Assembly (NCBI GenBank): GCA_018304585.1
Contig: JAGVVY010000020.1
Coordinates: forward strand, 1 to 24,000
Source: Candidatus Aenigmatarchaeota archaeon
Lineage (GTDB): Archaea; Aenigmatarchaeota; Aenigmatarchaeia; GW2011-AR5
Length of the DNA stretch: 24,000 nt
Direction of reading: 5' to 3'
A model generated the notes under the pieces. The model did not search any database and was not told the origin of the DNA. It saw only the letters and a program-made list of their open reading frames with translations. The translations under genes and the position numbers were made by a program. Positions 1 to 8,637 of this stretch are shown here, piece by piece (positions within the stretch are counted from its first letter, which is position 1; the number at the start of each line of letters is the position of its first letter).

Positions 1-1971
1 CACTATGCCGCCTGTTTCCAGCGCCACGTCGGTTCCCGAGCCTATCGCTATTCCTATGTCGGCCTGTGCAAGAGCGGGGGCGTCGTTTATCCCGTCCCCC
101 ACCATCGCTACCTTATGGCCCTCGCTCTGCAGCTTCTTTATCCTTGACGCTTTATCCCCCGGAAGCACGCCGGCCATGACTTCATCAATGCCAAGCTCCT
201 GCGCCACCGCACGGGCCGTACGCTCGTTGTCGCCTGTCATCATCATGACGCGCTTTCCCATTTTTTTAAGCTCCGCCACGGCCTTCGCAGAATTTTCTTT
301 CACGGTATCCGCGACCGCTATAAGTCCAGCCGCTTCCGCGTTTTTGGCAATTATTATGACGGTCTTTCCCTGCCGTTCCAGCAACATTATATCCTTCTCG
401 CGCTTCGCAATTTTTACCCCATTGCCCTTCATGAATCCTGCATTCCCTGCCAAAACCCTGTCTTTTGCTATCCGTGCCGAAACGCCTTTCCCGGAATGCG
501 CAAAAAATCCCCTGACGGGCTTCGGCTTTATCCTTCTTTTGCGCGCCTCGTTCATTACGGCCTCTGCCAGCGGGTGCTCGGATGCGGCCTCTACCGACGC
601 CGCCAAAGAAACGACTTGATCATCACTTACTGCATAAGAAATAATATCCGTAACCTCCGGCTTCCCCTTGGTCAGCGTCCCGGTCTTGTCCATCACTATC
701 ACGCCAGCCTTGTGAGCTGTTTCCAGGGCCTCGCCCCCCTTGATAAGTATTCCGTTCTCGGCCCCGAGGCCCGTGCCGACCATGATCGCAGTAGGCGTTG
801 CCAGACCCAGTGCACAGGGGCATGCTATTATGAGCACAGACACCAAAGACGTGAAAGCAAACGCGAATCCTATTGAAGGGTACCAGAACGCAAAAGCCCC
901 GAGCGCGATTACGATGACGGCAGGAACAAAATAAGAAGAAACCGCGTCTGCCAGCCTCTGGATAGGCGCCTTCGACCCCTGCGCTTCCTCGACAAGGCGC
1001 ACTATCTGAGATAGCATAGTGTCTGTGCCTACTTTTGTCGCCCTGAAACGAAATGAGCCGAACTTGTTTATCGTGGCTCCTATTACAGTATCCCCCTTCT
1101 TCTTTCCGGCCGGCATGCTTTCGCCTGTTATCATGGACTCGTCAACGCTGCTCTCGCCTGACAGCAAGACTCCGTCCACCGGTATCTTTTCGCCCGGCTT
1201 CACCATCACAACGTCGCCGGCTTTGACGTCGCCGACGTCAATGCTTATTTCTTTTCCTTTCCTAATGACTGTAGCGGTCTTGGTCTGGAGGCTCATCAGT
1301 TTTTTTATAGCATCCGATGCGCGGCCTTTTGCTATAGCCTCCAGATACCTGCCAAGAAGTATCAGCGTCGTTATCACGGCGGCGGTATCAAAATACATGC
1401 TGCCTTCAATGCCCAGCAGAACTACGGAAGCGCTGTAGAAATAAGCAACGCTTGTTCCCAGTGCTATAAGCGTGTTCATGTCGGCGCTCCTGTTGCGAAG
1501 CGCCGTCCACGCGCCTGCATAAAAATCACGGCCGACCCAGAACTGGACTACGGTGGCCAGCGCCAGAAGAATGCCGGGCACGGAAAGCCATGCCGCGTAA
1601 AACCATTCGGGAAAGCTGCCTATGAATATGGCGCCCGAAAGCACAGAGCCAACATAAAGTTTTTTTCTGAGCACGAACAAATCCTGTTTCTTTATCTCTT
1701 CCATGTGCCCGGCATGGCCTGCGTCGCCTCCATGCGCGCCGTGAATCGCGGCCTTGTAGCCTGTCCTGTTTATTGCATCGGCTATCGCATTTTCGCTCGT
1801 TCTTGACGGGTCAAAGCTCACGACGGCCTTTTCCGTTGCGTAGTTGACCCGCGCCGAAATTATGCCGGCTTCTTTCTTCAGCTTCTTTTCTATGGTATTT
1901 GCACACGTTGCGCAGTGCATCCCGGAAATCCCGATAATGCACGTTTTATTCCCGCCTTTAATGGGTTTCAT
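1..1971 (-). CDS. copA: Cu+/heavy-metal-translocating P1B-type ATPase with N-terminal HMA domain (C-terminus runs off window)
   Basis: Own minus-strand translation, absent from the ORF track because it leaves the window: [31 protein letters not shown] (HMA GMHCATC), [21 protein letters not shown] (CPC), [53 protein letters not shown]. Start ATG at 1971 is tentative; the frame is open further upstream. Confidence 0.95.
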   Translation of the reverse strand, partial: MKPIKGGNKTCIIGISGMHCATCANTIEKKLKKEAGIISARVNYATEKAVVSFDPSRTSENAIADAINRTGYKAAIHGAHGGDAGHAGHMEEIKKQDLFVLRKKLYVGSVLSGAIFIGSFPEWFYAAWLSVPGILLALATVVQFWVGRDFYAGAWTALRNRSADMNTLIALGTSVAYFYSASVVLLGIEGSMYFDTAAVITTLILLGRYLEAIAKGRASDAIKKLMSLQTKTATVIRKGKEISIDVGDVKAGDVVMVKPGEKIPVDGVLLSGESSVDESMITGESMPAGKKKGDTVIGATINKFGSFRFRATKVGTDTMLSQIVRLVEEAQGSKAPIQRLADAVSSYFVPAVIVIALGAFAFWYPSIGFAFAFTSLVSVLIIACPCALGLATPTAIMVGTGLGAENGILIKGGEALETAHKAGVIVMDKTGTLTKGKPEVTDIISYAVSDDQVVSLAASVEAASEHPLAEAVMNEARKRRIKPKPVRGFFAHSGKGVSARIAKDRVLAGNAGFMKGNGVKIAKREKDIMLLERQGKTVIIIAKNAEAAGLIAVADTVKENSAKAVAELKKMGKRVMMMTGDNERTARAVAQELGIDEVMAGVLPGDKASRIKKLQSEGHKVAMVGDGINDAPALAQADIGIAIGSGTDVALETGGIV

Positions 1972-1996
1972 CTGCTTCGCCGCCGCGCAATGATCT

Positions 1997-2233
1997 TTAT
2001 CGCTTTTCCTGCATATTATATGCAAGTGCAAAGAAGTAACCCAAGCCGTAAGCGGCTGCAACGCTGCCCGCCAGTCCCAGTGCAAGCATAAGAGGGCTTG
2101 TCCAGAATCCGGGATAAAGTATGTCCATGACCGAAGGCTGCCCCATCAGCCCGTGCCATATGTATCCTGCTACGTCAACGACCGCTACGGTTGCCGACGA
2201 TGCAATTCCCAATGCCTGCGGTTTCAATGTCAT
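1997..2233 (-). CDS. Small two-TM membrane protein, DUF5676-like, upstream of and co-directional with the copper ATPase
   Basis: 78 aa, two hydrophobic segments; C-terminal [11 protein letters not shown] resembles the GWLFALLYN-type end of DUF5676 proteins found near copper ATPases (from memory). Confidence 0.55.
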   Translation of the reverse strand: MTLKPQALGIASSATVAVVDVAGYIWHGLMGQPSVMDILYPGFWTSPLMLALGLAGSVAAAYGLGYFFALAYNMQEKR

Positions 2234-2259
2234 GCTATCGCCTTATACATATCTGAATT

Positions 2260-2269
2260 AGATATATCT
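2260..2269. promoter_or_regulatory. Palindrome AGATATATCT in the divergent copA operon/PadR intergenic region; probable TATA element or operator
   Basis: Perfect 10-bp palindrome about 27-36 nt upstream of the minus-strand start at 2233. Confidence 0.45.
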
Positions 2270-2280
2270 ATTGATGACAA

Positions 2281-2289
2281 CTATTTAAG
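2281..2289 (+). promoter_or_regulatory. Probable TATA box (CTATTTAAG) for the PadR-type regulator
   Basis: Lies 23-31 nt upstream of ATG 2312, matching other likely leaderless promoters in this window. Confidence 0.4.
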
Positions 2290-2311
2290 TCTTTTCCATT
2301 CGATTATTGCC

Positions 2312-2728
2312 ATGCAAGCCCGTTCAAGCATGATAAAATATTTCATACTCCGGCATCTCGGCAGAAAGCGGATGACGGGCTATGAACTGCTTGCAGAAAT
2401 AGGAAATATTACAGGAAAACAGCCGAGCACAAGCCAGATATATCCCGTCCTGAACGGCATGGAAAAATCCGGCTACCTTGCGTCAAAAACGGGATTCTAC
2501 GGCAAGAGAAAATCGAAGTCCTACAGCCTCACTGCTTCGGGAAAGTCCCTTTCTTCGGCGATAGAAAAACATTTTGAATCCATAGTAAGGGCGATAATAA
2601 GCGATAAAATAAGGGTATGCGCCCACTGCAATTGCGAGATACTGAAAGGCCACTACAGCAAGGTCATATGCGGCAGGAAACTTGACTTTTGCTGCAGCGC
2701 GTGCGCCGCGTCGTTCGCGCAAAAATGA
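2312..2728 (+). CDS. PadR-family wHTH transcriptional regulator fused to C-terminal TRASH-like Cys metal-binding domain
   Basis: MIKYFILRHLGRKRMTGYELLAEIGNITGKQPSTSQIYPVLNGMEKSGYL is PadR-like; C-terminal CAHCNCEILKGHYSKVICGRKLDFCCSACAASF is TRASH-like. ORF track starts at 2153; ATG 2312 (or 2330) fits promoter and homology better. Confidence 0.85.
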   Translation: MQARSSMIKYFILRHLGRKRMTGYELLAEIGNITGKQPSTSQIYPVLNGMEKSGYLASKTGFYGKRKSKSYSLTASGKSLSSAIEKHFESIVRAIISDKIRVCAHCNCEILKGHYSKVICGRKLDFCCSACAASFAQK

Positions 2729-2746
2729 ATATCCCGATTCAAAAGC

Positions 2747-2908
2747 TCATGCGGCAGAAGCTGCCTTGTTCATTATTCTTACTTCGTCTATCATGCCGTT
2801 GAAATAATGCTTATTCCCTCCGCTTGACGGCGCTCTCGTGCCTATCCTTGTTGAATCTATTCCTGCACCTTCAAAAGTCTCCTGCGGCGCGGGCAGTATG
2901 GGAGGATA
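2747..2908 (-). pseudogene. C-terminal remnant of a LamG/concanavalin-like domain protein
   Basis: Open minus frame ends DSTRIGTRAPSSGGNKHYFNGMIDEVRIMNKAASAA*, with the FNGMIDEVRI motif of LamG domains. No N-terminal part; frame is closed upstream at 2909-2911. Confidence 0.6.
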
Positions 2909-3063
2909 TTACGCCACTCGCGCGCAATGAGTGGATTTGTTGGGTTACGTCTGGCAAAAAAGAGGAGACGAAGAGTATTCGCATCAAGAAGGCTCTCTCG
3001 AAGCTTAAAGGCGGAATGCGAAGGCCTTGCTGTTGGGTAGGTTGCCCTCATCGCTCCAAATAA
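2824..3063 (+). CDS. YdeI/OmpD-associated (OmdA-like) small protein or 5'-truncated remnant
   Basis: SPAARAVWEDITPLARNEWICWVTSGKKEETKSIRIKKALSKLKGGMRRPCCWVGCPHR resembles the YdeI/OmdA C-terminal domain; the N-terminal residues and TTG start are doubtful. Confidence 0.6.
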   Translation: MTALSCLSLLNLFLHLQKSPAARAVWEDITPLARNEWICWVTSGKKEETKSIRIKKALSKLKGGMRRPCCWVGCPHRSK

Positions 3064-3281
3064 TCTGAATCGGCGCACGGCGTCAGTTGCTTCAATGGAA
3101 GATTTGGTAAAGCAATATGGTGATTATCTTAAGCTTTTTGACGCAAGAATGACTGATCGCCTGATTATCATGGATTGGTCGGCGACATGATTTCAAATCT
3201 CTCTGAGAGATATAATATTTTCAATATTTTTCTTTGGGATAAACCTTGGACTTTTCTTTTTCTAAAAGAAAAGGATTGGGA

Positions 3282-3394
3282 TGGACTGGTCGGGATTTGA
3301 ACCCGAAGCCTCTACCTCTCATCGAAGTTTTTGATTAAGCTTTTTACCAAAAAGCTTATGCGAAGGTAGCGATCTTCCGTTGATCTACCAGCCC
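3282..3394 (-). tRNA. tRNA-Ala(CGC) containing a ~41-nt intron (approx. 3318-3358)
   Basis: Acceptor GGGCUGG/CCAGUCC with G3:U70, discriminator A; D arm GAUC/GAUC; anticodon stem CUACC/GGUAG with loop UUCGCA+A after splicing; T arm UCGGG-UUCAAAU-CCCGA. Intron has 9-bp hairpin AAGCUUUUU/AAAAAGCUU. Splice sites inferred. Confidence 0.92.
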
Positions 3395-3450
3395 GTGCGT
3401 ATATTTACATCATACAGCAAACTTTAATGCTCTTTACGCCAATTAAAAAT

Positions 3451-3942
3451 ATGAAAAGGTTGTGGGCGCCGTGGAGGCTGGAGTATGTCAAGAACGCATT
3501 CAAGAAGCAGAAGTGCATTTTCTGCCATCTGCCCGGGAAAAAACAGGATGAAAAGAACTATATTCTATACAGAGGCGAGAATGTCTTCGTGATGCTTAAC
3601 GCGTATCCGTACTCGCCGGGGCACATCATGGTCTCCCCCTACCGCCACGTCGACCGCATAGCGCGCATGAGCGAAGAGGAACGCACCGAGATGACAGGCA
3701 TTGCGGCAAAATTCTCCATCATACTGGAAAAGGCGGTGAATGCCGAGGGCTTCAACATGGGCATCAATCAGGGCAGGCCTGCAGGGGCAGGATTTGACAA
3801 GCACGTCCATATGCATGTGGTGCCGCGCTGGAAGCACGACGTCAATTTCATGGTTCCGGTTGCCGGAACAAAGGTAATGCCCGAGATGCTGGAACAGACT
3901 TACGCAAAGATAAAGGCTGCCATGAAGTCAATGCCATTATAA
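3451..3942 (+). CDS. HIT family hydrolase/nucleotidyltransferase
   Basis: CIFCHLPGK zinc-type N-terminus and HIT signature KHVHMHVVPRW; start trimmed from 3427 to ATG 3451 (MKRLWAPWRLEYV). Confidence 0.92.
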   Translation: MKRLWAPWRLEYVKNAFKKQKCIFCHLPGKKQDEKNYILYRGENVFVMLNAYPYSPGHIMVSPYRHVDRIARMSEEERTEMTGIAAKFSIILEKAVNAEGFNMGINQGRPAGAGFDKHVHMHVVPRWKHDVNFMVPVAGTKVMPEMLEQTYAKIKAAMKSMPL

Positions 3943-3998
3943 ATAAGGATATAGTTGATTCCTTGGTTTTAGCAACGTCGCGGACTTATATAGAAATA

Positions 3999-4007
3999 AG
4001 CTAACGA
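3999..4007 (+). repeat. Left copy of 9-bp target-site duplication AGCTAACGA
   Basis: Identical to 4106-4114 and immediately flanks the inverted-repeat element. Confidence 0.85.
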
Positions 4008-4105
4008 GGCTTTGCACCTAAAGTCCAAAATCGGTCAACCGGTTGTATTTTGACCTTCTAAAATCACAACATCTTGTGTTCATTGGCTACTTTTCGTGCA
4101 AAGCC
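4008..4105. mobile_element. 98-bp MITE-like non-autonomous element with terminal inverted repeats
   Basis: Left end GGCTTTGCACCTAAAGT; reverse complement of right end GGCTTTGCACGAAAAGT: 10 bp perfect then 2 mismatches then 5 bp match (15/17). Flanked by perfect 9-bp direct repeats. No coding capacity. Confidence 0.85.
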
Positions 4106-4114
4106 AGCTAACGA
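4106..4114 (+). repeat. Right copy of 9-bp target-site duplication AGCTAACGA
   Basis: See 3999-4007. Confidence 0.85.
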
Positions 4115-4237
4115 CACTGCTGACGATGAAAACCGTGAGAAAATGGAGGGAACGCTGCCGAAACGGAAGAAACGCCAGAAAACATTTCAATTTTCCGGAT
4201 GCCGCCTGCATTTGGCTTTCCTTCTTATCTGAAGCCT

Positions 4238-5530
4238 TCAGGCTTCCCTCAAATAACCCCAGTTGTGCAACTTGTCGCTGTCCTCAAACCAGCGGTCGCC
4301 GATGTCTTTTCTATAGTACATGTTGGGTATCATGATGTTTTCAATCCTGTTGTATGCCTGAGCCTGAGCTTGTTTCATTGTCTGGCCGAGGCCTACGACT
4401 ATCAAAGCTACGCCCTTGATGCTTGTGACAAGCCACTCGTTGTTGAACTTCCTGATGTCTTCTATGTGTATGCCGACGAAATCCGGCTTCTTGAACATGA
4501 TGACGGCATCCTTGGAATACGTTTCAAAAAGCCTCTTGTCCTTGTACGGATAGGGCGGAACTACTATCCTGACGCCGACCTGAAAGCCGCTTCTTGCCTT
4601 GAACTTGGAAAGCGTTCCTTCCGCCATGCCGTGGAGGAATTCGCCCATAGGCATCAGAATGCCTTCCTGCTGTATGCTTATTGTGGGGTACCCGAAACGC
4701 GACGTGAATTCAAGCGGATAAATCCCGTTGTTGTTGACTATGCAGTTGATGTCTATGTATCCCACGTATTTTTCCCGCCTCAGTACAGATTCCATTTTTT
4801 TCAGCGTTGCCGAGAATATCCTGTTCGGCTCGCTAAAAAACATCGATGTTCCCATCTCGCCTGTCGATGGCCCTATATTGCCCGGGAAGAGTTTCTTGTG
4901 CTCGAAATTGACGTTTATGGGCTGCATGAATTCGTAACCGTTGAAGAACGCGCCAACTGCAACCTCAACTCCGTTTATCTTCCTCTGCAGCTGAAATTCC
5001 TTTATCCTGTTCGACCACGTGGCCTTGTAATCCTCAAGCATATGGATTATATCCTTGCCGTCCTCTTCCTCGCCGACAAAAAGCAGCTGCTTCACGTTCT
5101 GCGCCTCGCCGCTCGGCTTTATGACGTACTTGTTCGGGTTTTTCTTGACGTATTCTATGGCCTCGTCGAAAGAAGTGAAATTCTCCTGCGGTATGATCGG
5201 AACGCCGGCCTTCTTGAGCTCGTTCTGCCCGAAGCCCCGGTCGTCCTCAAGCTTGTCGGTATAAGGCGTCCCGCCGACCACAAGCTTGCCTTGCTGACGT
5301 AACTTTTGCGCTTTCTCGCCTTGCCCAAGAACATCATCAAAAACTATGACATCGGCCCATTCCACATCCTTTTCCCAGTCTTCCGTCTTCGGAACGAAAC
5401 CGTCGGCCACCGCCTTCTCGTCCTTGCTGTCTATGAAATATTTGACGTTGTGGCCTTCCTTGACGACCTGCCAGGCTACGTCGCTTATGAGCCCTTCCAG
5501 AGAAACAAACAGGAAATTTTTGGGTATCAT
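4238..5530 (-). CDS. Phosphoribosylamine-glycine ligase (GARS/PurD)-like ATP-grasp protein
   Basis: 430 aa; N-terminal NADP-like fold start FLFVSLEGLISDVAWQVVKEGHNVKYFI, ATP-grasp motifs KYVIKPSGEAQNVK, GVEVAVGAFFNG, GPSTGEMGT, YIDINCIVNNNGIYPLEFTSRFGYPT. Exact substrate unknown. Confidence 0.8.
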   Translation of the reverse strand: MIPKNFLFVSLEGLISDVAWQVVKEGHNVKYFIDSKDEKAVADGFVPKTEDWEKDVEWADVIVFDDVLGQGEKAQKLRQQGKLVVGGTPYTDKLEDDRGFGQNELKKAGVPIIPQENFTSFDEAIEYVKKNPNKYVIKPSGEAQNVKQLLFVGEEEDGKDIIHMLEDYKATWSNRIKEFQLQRKINGVEVAVGAFFNGYEFMQPINVNFEHKKLFPGNIGPSTGEMGTSMFFSEPNRIFSATLKKMESVLRREKYVGYIDINCIVNNNGIYPLEFTSRFGYPTISIQQEGILMPMGEFLHGMAEGTLSKFKARSGFQVGVRIVVPPYPYKDKRLFETYSKDAVIMFKKPDFVGIHIEDIRKFNNEWLVTSIKGVALIVVGLGQTMKQAQAQAYNRIENIMIPNMYYRKDIGDRWFEDSDKLHNWGYLREA

Positions 5531-5569
5531 GTAAACAATCTTGCCTTATTTAATTAGGGGTAAAATAAT

Positions 5570-6103
5570 TTATACTTTTCTATTCACGAACGCTATAATT
5601 CCCAAGACAACCTGTTCCGGAGTTTTGTCCGACGTATCAATGACAAAATCCGCCTCTTTTTCCTGAGAAAAGGTGTCAAAACCGTACAGCTTTCTGAACG
5701 TCTTTCTCTCAAGGCCGTCCTTCTCATTGACCGTTCTGGCGGCCGATTCAACGCTTATCCCGTCCCTTTTGGCGTATCTTTCCGCTCTTTTTGCCGGGGA
5801 CGCCTTGAGCCATATCTTTGCGCCGGCTATTTCCTTGAGGAAATGAATAGCCAGCTTGCCGTCTATGACAATGTCGCCTTTTTTCGCCTTTTCTACCATG
5901 AGCCTGTCTATGGCTTCGTGAAAGTCCTTTGAGGAGCCTTTTTCGCTTCCGAGGAACTCCACCGCTTCCTGCGTCTTGCCTTTCGAGAAGCTCTTGAAAT
6001 ATTCGCCGGCGGAAAAGAACTGCAAACCAAGCTTTTTGGCAAGAAGCCTTCCGGTTGTCGTGGACCCGCAGCCCGGCTGGCCCGAAATCGCTATGACGGT
6101 CAT
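5570..6103 (-). CDS. cmk: Archaeal-type (d)CMP kinase
   Basis: MTVIAISGQPGCGSTTTGRLLAKKLGLQFFSAGEYF: P-loop plus the (F/Y)SAGEIFR-like motif of archaeal Cmk. Start trimmed from 6178 to ATG 6103. Confidence 0.88.
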   Translation of the reverse strand: MTVIAISGQPGCGSTTTGRLLAKKLGLQFFSAGEYFKSFSKGKTQEAVEFLGSEKGSSKDFHEAIDRLMVEKAKKGDIVIDGKLAIHFLKEIAGAKIWLKASPAKRAERYAKRDGISVESAARTVNEKDGLERKTFRKLYGFDTFSQEKEADFVIDTSDKTPEQVVLGIIAFVNRKV

Positions 6104-6274
6104 GTAATCATCATTAGACGCGTAAAATAAATAGCTCACGGGCGTCCGGAACAAGCCATTTATAAGTTTAATCCACAAAATAGCTTCATGATATGCGGTT
6201 CCGCAAATCTCATTTTCAGGTAACTTTCTCGGTTATATTTAGCCGCACGTCTTAATAATCAAAGTTGATGCTTC

Positions 6275-8632
6275 ATGGAAAAAAACTACGACCCAAAAAT
6301 CGCCGAACGGAAATGGCAGGAAGAATGGGAAAAGGAAGGCGTTTACCGCTTTGATGCCGAAAGCGCAAAGCCCTTGTTTTCAATAGACACACCTCCGCCT
6401 ACTGTTTCGGGAAGCATGCATATAGGCCACGCATTTTCCTATTCGCAAATGGATTTCATAGCGCGGTATCACCGTATGAAGGGCGAGAGCGTATTCATGC
6501 CTTTCGGCACTGACGATAACGGTCTTGCAACTGAACGACTCATAGAAAAATTAAATAATGTCCGTTCAAAAAAAATGGACAGGGACAAATTCATAGAACT
6601 TTGCCTTGCAACGCTTGAAAAAATAAGACCGGACTTCGTCGCGGACTGGAAGCGCATCGGCATATCCGCGGACTGGGGCATATTCTACTCCACTATCAAC
6701 GAGCACTGCAGACGCATATCGCAGCAATCGTTCATAGAACTATATAATAAAGGCTTGGAATACCGGACGAAAGCGCCGTTCATGTGGTGCCCGTTGTGCC
6801 AGACAGCGATAGCGCAAGTGGAGTTAAAGGACGTGGAGAAGGACTCAAAGCTTGTTTATATTAAACTGGATGTGGAAGGCGGGGGGCATATAAGCATAGC
6901 TACTACAAGACCGGAACTTTTCGGTTCGGCTGCCGCCGTATACGTGCATCCGGAAGACAAGCGCTATAGCAATCTCATAGGCAAGAAAGCGACAATACCG
7001 ATTTACAACAGGAAAGTACCGATAATGGGCAACGACGAAGCTGACACGGAATACGGCACAGGCGCGGTCTACCAGTCCACGTTCGGCGACATGACCGACG
7101 CGGACTGGGCCAAGAAGTTCAAAACAGAAGTCACGGAAATACTCAACCCCGATGGCACGCTAACTGCAGCAGCCGGGCCTTATGCAGGCATGAAGACTGC
7201 CGAGGCACGGGAAAAGATAATACAGGACCTGAAACCCTGGACCGAAAAAATTGTGCCCCTCAGGCACGCGGTAAACGTGCATGAAAGGTGCGAAACTGAC
7301 ATAGAAATCCTGCCCACTTACCAGTGGTTCATCAAATATCCATCCAAGGACGTCATGCTCGCCGCAGGCGCTGCGCTCAAATGGCACCCCGAGCACATGA
7401 AGAATAGATACGACAACTGGGTAAAGGGCCTGAAATGGGACTGGTGCATTTCAAGGCAGCGATACTTCGGCATACCGTTTCCGGTATGGTACTGCAAGAA
7501 ATGCGGAGAGGTAATGCTCGCTGATGCCAAGGATCTGCCGGTGGATCCGCTGGTTGATAGCCCTGAAAAGAAATGCAGGTGCGGCTCTTCGGACTTCAAG
7601 CCTGAAAAAGACGTAATGGATACATGGGCTACCTCGTCCCTGACCCCGAAAATAAGCAGGGAATTGATGAAAGGCACTCCGGCTTACAAGAAACTTTTCC
7701 CGATGAGCCTTCGCCCCCAGGCTCACGACATAATATCGTTCTGGCTGTTCAACACGACAATAAAGTCGCTGCTCCATGAGGGAAAAACGCCATGGAACAA
7801 TGTGATGATATCCGGCTGGGCGCTTGACCCGCAGGGCAGGAAGATGTCCAAGAGCAAGGGCAACACGATAAGCCCGCAGGAGATGACGAAGAAATACTCG
7901 GCAGATGCCCTGCGTTTCTGGGCAGCTTCGTCAAACTTGGGCGAAGATCTTCCTTTTCAGGAAAAGGAGCTTGTCACCGGCATGAAGACTATCACAAAAT
8001 TATGGAACGCCGCCAAGTTCGTTGCATCGTCCACCGAAGGCGCTGTAACAGAGCCCAAAACGCCGCACCCGGCAGACGCATGGCTTCTAACGAAGCTCGC
8101 TAAAGCCGTTAACGCCTCCACAGGCGCTTTCGAGAATTATGAATATTCAAGGGCAAAGATGGAAACCGACCTGTTCTTCTGGCGCGTTTTCACTGATTAT
8201 TACATAGAGATCGTCAAGGATAGGATATATAATCCCGACAACTACAGCAAGCAGGATGCGGATTCGGCCAAGCATGCGTTGAGGATGGCGATGCTGGCCG
8301 TTCTCAAGCTCTTTGCGCCGATTATGCCCCATATCACCGAAGAAATCTACCGCACCGTCTTTGACATGCGCGAAAGCGTGCATAAATCGGCATGGCCAAA
8401 GATGAATTATTCTTACGAAAAAGAAGAAGCCGAAGGCGATGAGGCCGTAAAGGCGATCGATCATATAAGGAAATACAAGAGCGGGAACAAGCTTGCCATG
8501 AACGCCCCGCTAAAGGAAGTGATAACAGGGCAGAAGCTGTCCGCAGCTATGGCGGATGCCCTGAAGGCGACGATGAAGATAGGAACAATAACCTTCCGTG
8601 AAGGCGCGGGAACAATGGAAATAATTCAGTGA
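6275..8632 (+). CDS. valS: Valyl-tRNA synthetase
   Basis: 785 aa; HIGH-type TVSGSMHIGHAFSYSQMDFIARYHRMKGE, KWDWCISRQRYFGIPFPVWYC, RKMSKSKGNTISPQE. Confidence 0.96.
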   Translation: MEKNYDPKIAERKWQEEWEKEGVYRFDAESAKPLFSIDTPPPTVSGSMHIGHAFSYSQMDFIARYHRMKGESVFMPFGTDDNGLATERLIEKLNNVRSKKMDRDKFIELCLATLEKIRPDFVADWKRIGISADWGIFYSTINEHCRRISQQSFIELYNKGLEYRTKAPFMWCPLCQTAIAQVELKDVEKDSKLVYIKLDVEGGGHISIATTRPELFGSAAAVYVHPEDKRYSNLIGKKATIPIYNRKVPIMGNDEADTEYGTGAVYQSTFGDMTDADWAKKFKTEVTEILNPDGTLTAAAGPYAGMKTAEAREKIIQDLKPWTEKIVPLRHAVNVHERCETDIEILPTYQWFIKYPSKDVMLAAGAALKWHPEHMKNRYDNWVKGLKWDWCISRQRYFGIPFPVWYCKKCGEVMLADAKDLPVDPLVDSPEKKCRCGSSDFKPEKDVMDTWATSSLTPKISRELMKGTPAYKKLFPMSLRPQAHDIISFWLFNTTIKSLLHEGKTPWNNVMISGWALDPQGRKMSKSKGNTISPQEMTKKYSADALRFWAASSNLGEDLPFQEKELVTGMKTITKLWNAAKFVASSTEGAVTEPKTPHPADAWLLTKLAKAVNASTGAFENYEYSRAKMETDLFFWRVFTDYYIEIVKDRIYNPDNYSKQDADSAKHALRMAMLAVLKLFAPIMPHITEEIYRTVFDMRESVHKSAWPKMNYSYEKEEAEGDEAVKAIDHIRKYKSGNKLAMNAPLKEVITGQKLSAAMADALKATMKIGTITFREGAGTMEIIQ

Positions 8633-8637
8633 TTATT

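Noticed and set aside
5-876. Plus-strand ORFs of 204 and 126 aa
   Set aside because: Antisense to the P-type ATPase, whose motifs are unambiguous on the minus strand.
1885-1905. Extra TTTGCAC resembling the MITE end
   Set aside because: Only a 7-bp match inside copA, without a partner inverted repeat or flanking duplication.
4231-4246. GAAGCC-TTCA-GGCTTC hairpin at the end of the GARS-like gene
   Set aside because: Short 6-bp stem overlapping the stop codon; too common to be meaningful on its own.
4199-5302. 367-aa plus-strand ORF
   Set aside because: Exact antisense of the GARS-like gene, which carries clear ATP-grasp motifs; shadow ORF.
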